From: Octopus sinensis
Taxonomy: Eukaryota
Assembly (NCBI RefSeq): GCF_006345805.1
Contig: NW_021834706.1
Location: 1 to 51,094, forward strand
Length of the DNA: 51,094 nucleotides
Direction of reading: 5' to 3'
The notes beneath the pieces were generated by a model. That model saw only the letters and a list, made by a program, of their open reading frames with translations. It ran no database searches and had not been told where the DNA came from. Positions 47,959 to 51,094 of this stretch are shown here, in pieces; position 1 is the stretch's first letter, and every line of letters starts with the position of its first letter. The position numbers and the translations under genes are program-made.

Positions 47959-49009
47959 CCTGTTTGATACAATTGTAAGAATGTACTCAGTTTTATCATA
48001 TCAATTACGGATGTTGTTATAATACTATTTCCATTAACCAGGTTATATTGATGTTCGTATCTGTTCCCAATAAGTCTATAGCGACCGCATTTTAAGCTTT
48101 TGTTTTCTATACATTATTCCTGTTGTTTTATCGTCGAAATTTTATTTCGGTAGCGTCTTCTTTTCATTCGTCAATCCACAAGAAAAGTTCCATCGATTTT
48201 AATTCTTTAACTGTTGCCAGAATTACACTATTTTTCATATTCAAAATTATTTCCCTCTTTCAGAATTTTCTACTCTTAGATCTTTCTAGCATTCTTTCTG
48301 TTCATATTTTTAGTCGGTGTAATTCTGGTGTGTCTTTTGTTGGTCGATATCTTGTAGGTACGACTGAATTTGATTTCGCTATTTTTTCGCCATTTTGTAT
48401 TATATATCTTTATCATTTAATTTTATTTATTTCCTTATTGTACTTGATCTTATCTTCGTGACTTACGTTCTTCTCAACGTTTGCAACATTAATATTGCTA
48501 ATTTTTTTTTCTTTATTTTGGTTTCACTTTTCAATGCTTATATTTTTTTGCTGTTTGCTTCTCGTTTGTTACTCATATTTCTTTTTTACGTATACTTCCA
48601 CTTTTTTTCTTTAATGTTCTGTCTGATATTTAGATTTAAGAATGATTTTTTTTTCTGAAATTAACGAGTCTGTTTCGGTCTCAAAACTATTATTAGATCG
48701 CGGTTTCGGTTGCTTTATGTTTCTATTTACATTAGTCTCTCTTTATTCTTTACCATATATCTCCATCTTTTATTTATATATAATCTGTGTGTTCTACAAT
48801 AGGTATGTTATAATGGCTTCTGGCTGCAGATCTCCCGCGCCTTTCTGTTTGTATTCTCTTTGAGCATTCATTCTATTAAGCGTTCTATTTCTGTTCCTGG
48901 TGTTTTGGTACTAAGAATGTTATTTTCATAAATAACTTGGATTGTTAAGGGTCAAAGTAATTTCATACTCCGTCCCTACACACGCTACCCAAACATTGAT
49001 TTCAAATTT

Positions 49010-49715
49010 TGGCACCAGGCCAGAAAGTTCGAGAGAGGAAACAAGTCGATTACATCGACCCTATTTGTTCAACTGGTACTTAATTTATCGACCCTAAAAG
49101 GATGAAAGGCAAAGTCGACGTCGGCGGAATTTGAACTCAGAACGTAACGGCAGACGAAATACCTATTTCTTCACTACCCACAAGAGAGGACAAACAAGGA
49201 CAGACAAACGGATTAAGTCGAATACATCGAGCCCAGTGCGTAACTGGTACTTATTTAATCGTCCCCGAAAGGATGAAGGGCAAAGTCGACCTCAGCGGAA
49301 TTTGAACTCAGAACGTAGCGGCAGACGAAATACCTATTTCTTTACTGCCCACAAGGGACTAAACACAGAGAGGACAAACAAGGACTGACAAACGGATTAA
49401 GTCGATTACATCGACCCCAGTGCGTAGCGGCAGACGAAATACCGCTAAGCATTTCGCCCGGCGTGCTAACGTTTCTTATTTCTTTATTGCCCACAAGGGG
49501 CTAAACACAGAGGAGACAAACAAGGACAGACAAAGGGATTAAGTCGATTACATCGACCCCAGTGCGTAACTGGTACTTATTTAATCGACCACGAAAGGAT
49601 GAAAGGCAAAGTCGACTTCGGCGGAATTTGAACTCAGAACGTAACGGTAGACGAAGAAATAACTCTAAGCACTTCGCCCGGCGTGCTAACGATTCTGCCA
49701 GCTCGCCGCCCTACG
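49010..49715 (-). mobile_element. Head-to-tail array of about four SINE family C units
   Basis: gaactcagaacgta at 49133, 49304 and 49630; one unit internally deleted; both junction types present. Confidence 0.9.
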
Positions 49716-50354
49716 GCCTAGTAAAATATTTCCCACTGCATACTGTATAAATTTGTGAAAAATCCTGTTTTGTAGTTTTAGACTGTTTATAATCATATAT
49801 TAGCGGTGAGTTCGATTCCTAGGCTTTGTGTCGTCAAAAACTCAGAGTGGTTATTAATGGTGAGTATCATATATGGAACAAATATCGACTTATTTCATAT
49901 CATACAAGAGTGGAATATTACAGAAATAAATGAGGCAGACTAGAGAAATTGCTTGTAATTATTATTAAGTAATGATTAAACGACCTTTATCAAGCATAAC
50001 GTTAACCTAAACTGCTCTCACATGAATGAAATATATTTTCGATTTGAATAAAATGTCACATGGTGCAGAAACGAGATTTTCTCATTAGAGCCTCGAGCAT
50101 GTTATATCGTTAATTAAAGAATATCTAAATCAAACAAGCAGAGAACTTGGCCGAACCTATTATTTCGCACTTGTTTGGCTATTACACACGTCCACTCATT
50201 GAAATCGAGATCGTGTTGAATGTCGACGAGAATTAATAGCCTTGTCTAGCCAGCGGGAGAAATAGCGGTATCTGTCCTTCTTTATCTTTCTCTGTCTGGC
50301 TGTCTGTCTGTCTGTCGGTCTGTCTCTGTCTCTGTCTCTCTTTCTCTTTCTTTG

Positions 50355-50412
<58 letters not shown>

Positions 50413-50547
50413 ATATGTATAAATATATATATATATATGTATATATATGTATATGTATATATATGTATATGTATATGTATAAATATATATATATATGTAT
50501 TATATGTATATATATATATGTATATATATATGTATATAATGTATATG

Positions 50548-50578
<31 letters not shown>

Positions 50579-50643
50579 GTATATAATATATATATATGTA
50601 TATATATATATATGTATATGTATATATATATGTATATATATAT

Positions 50644-50677
<34 letters not shown>

Positions 50678-50796
50678 GATATGTATGTATATACATATAT
50701 ATATATATGTGTATGTATAATATATATATATATATATGTCTATGTATGTATATATATACATATATATGTATATATATATGTATATATATCTATATA

Positions 50797-50854
<58 letters not shown>

Positions 50855-50905
50855 TATATAATATATATATATATATATGTGTGTATGCATATATATATAT
50901 ATGAT
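50355..50905. repeat. Long (TA)n/(TATG) array
   Basis: Direct inspection. Confidence 0.95.
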
Positions 50906-51094
50906 ACGATTACAGTAACTATTCTTGGGAGCTAGACAATTAAATAGCTGCGAATAATTATGAGAGTAGCAAACGTCGCTTTTTCATACGTTCGAAGAAG
51001 AGACAGATACGACCATAAACTTTTACTGAAGATAACTTTTACTGAATGCATGATATTCAACTTTGCTTTATTGATATCTTATAATACGATTTAT

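Larger units (their letters stand above)
46250..48960 (-). mobile_element. Heavily decayed R4/Dong-like non-LTR retrotransposon ORF remnants, with younger insertions
   Basis: LQTVVRYKIYCKKIGVKFDLGKYGQATLKRR (cf. F..DIGM.FGLDKC...T.KRGK) at ~46500-46610; QNYKEAGPGILQYFF (cf. NWKAPGPDG) at ~47140-47190; upstream pieces weaker. Confidence 0.55.

Noticed and set aside
48123-48863. Hydrophobic F/L/I-rich plus-strand ORFs as membrane proteins
   Set aside because: They are the antisense of A-rich decayed LINE sequence

Overview
AT-rich, microsatellite-saturated eukaryotic DNA. The SINE families and repeat landscape look like a coleoid cephalopod (Octopus-like); this assignment is an inference. No complete or recognisable protein-coding gene is present, and nearly all ORF-track entries are microsatellite or SINE translations. 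The window is mostly intron or intergenic DNA. It holds three abundant tRNA-derived SINE families (called A, B and C here) and decayed Ty3/Gypsy, RTE, R4/Dong and mariner coding remnants. It also holds piggyBac-type and 8-bp-TSD MITEs, plus a few orphan exon candidates on both strands. The main unexplained structure is a set of short non-coding Penelope-like fragments lodged in or next to (TA)n arrays. They carry eight type I hammerhead ribozyme motifs: some with an intact core, others with recurrent core variants. Six near-perfect fold-back inverted repeats also sit beside (TA)n, the largest a 463-bp palindrome with a hammerhead on each arm. SINE family C also forms head-to-tail concatemers with identical junctions at independent loci. 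Coordinates of decayed repeats are approximate.
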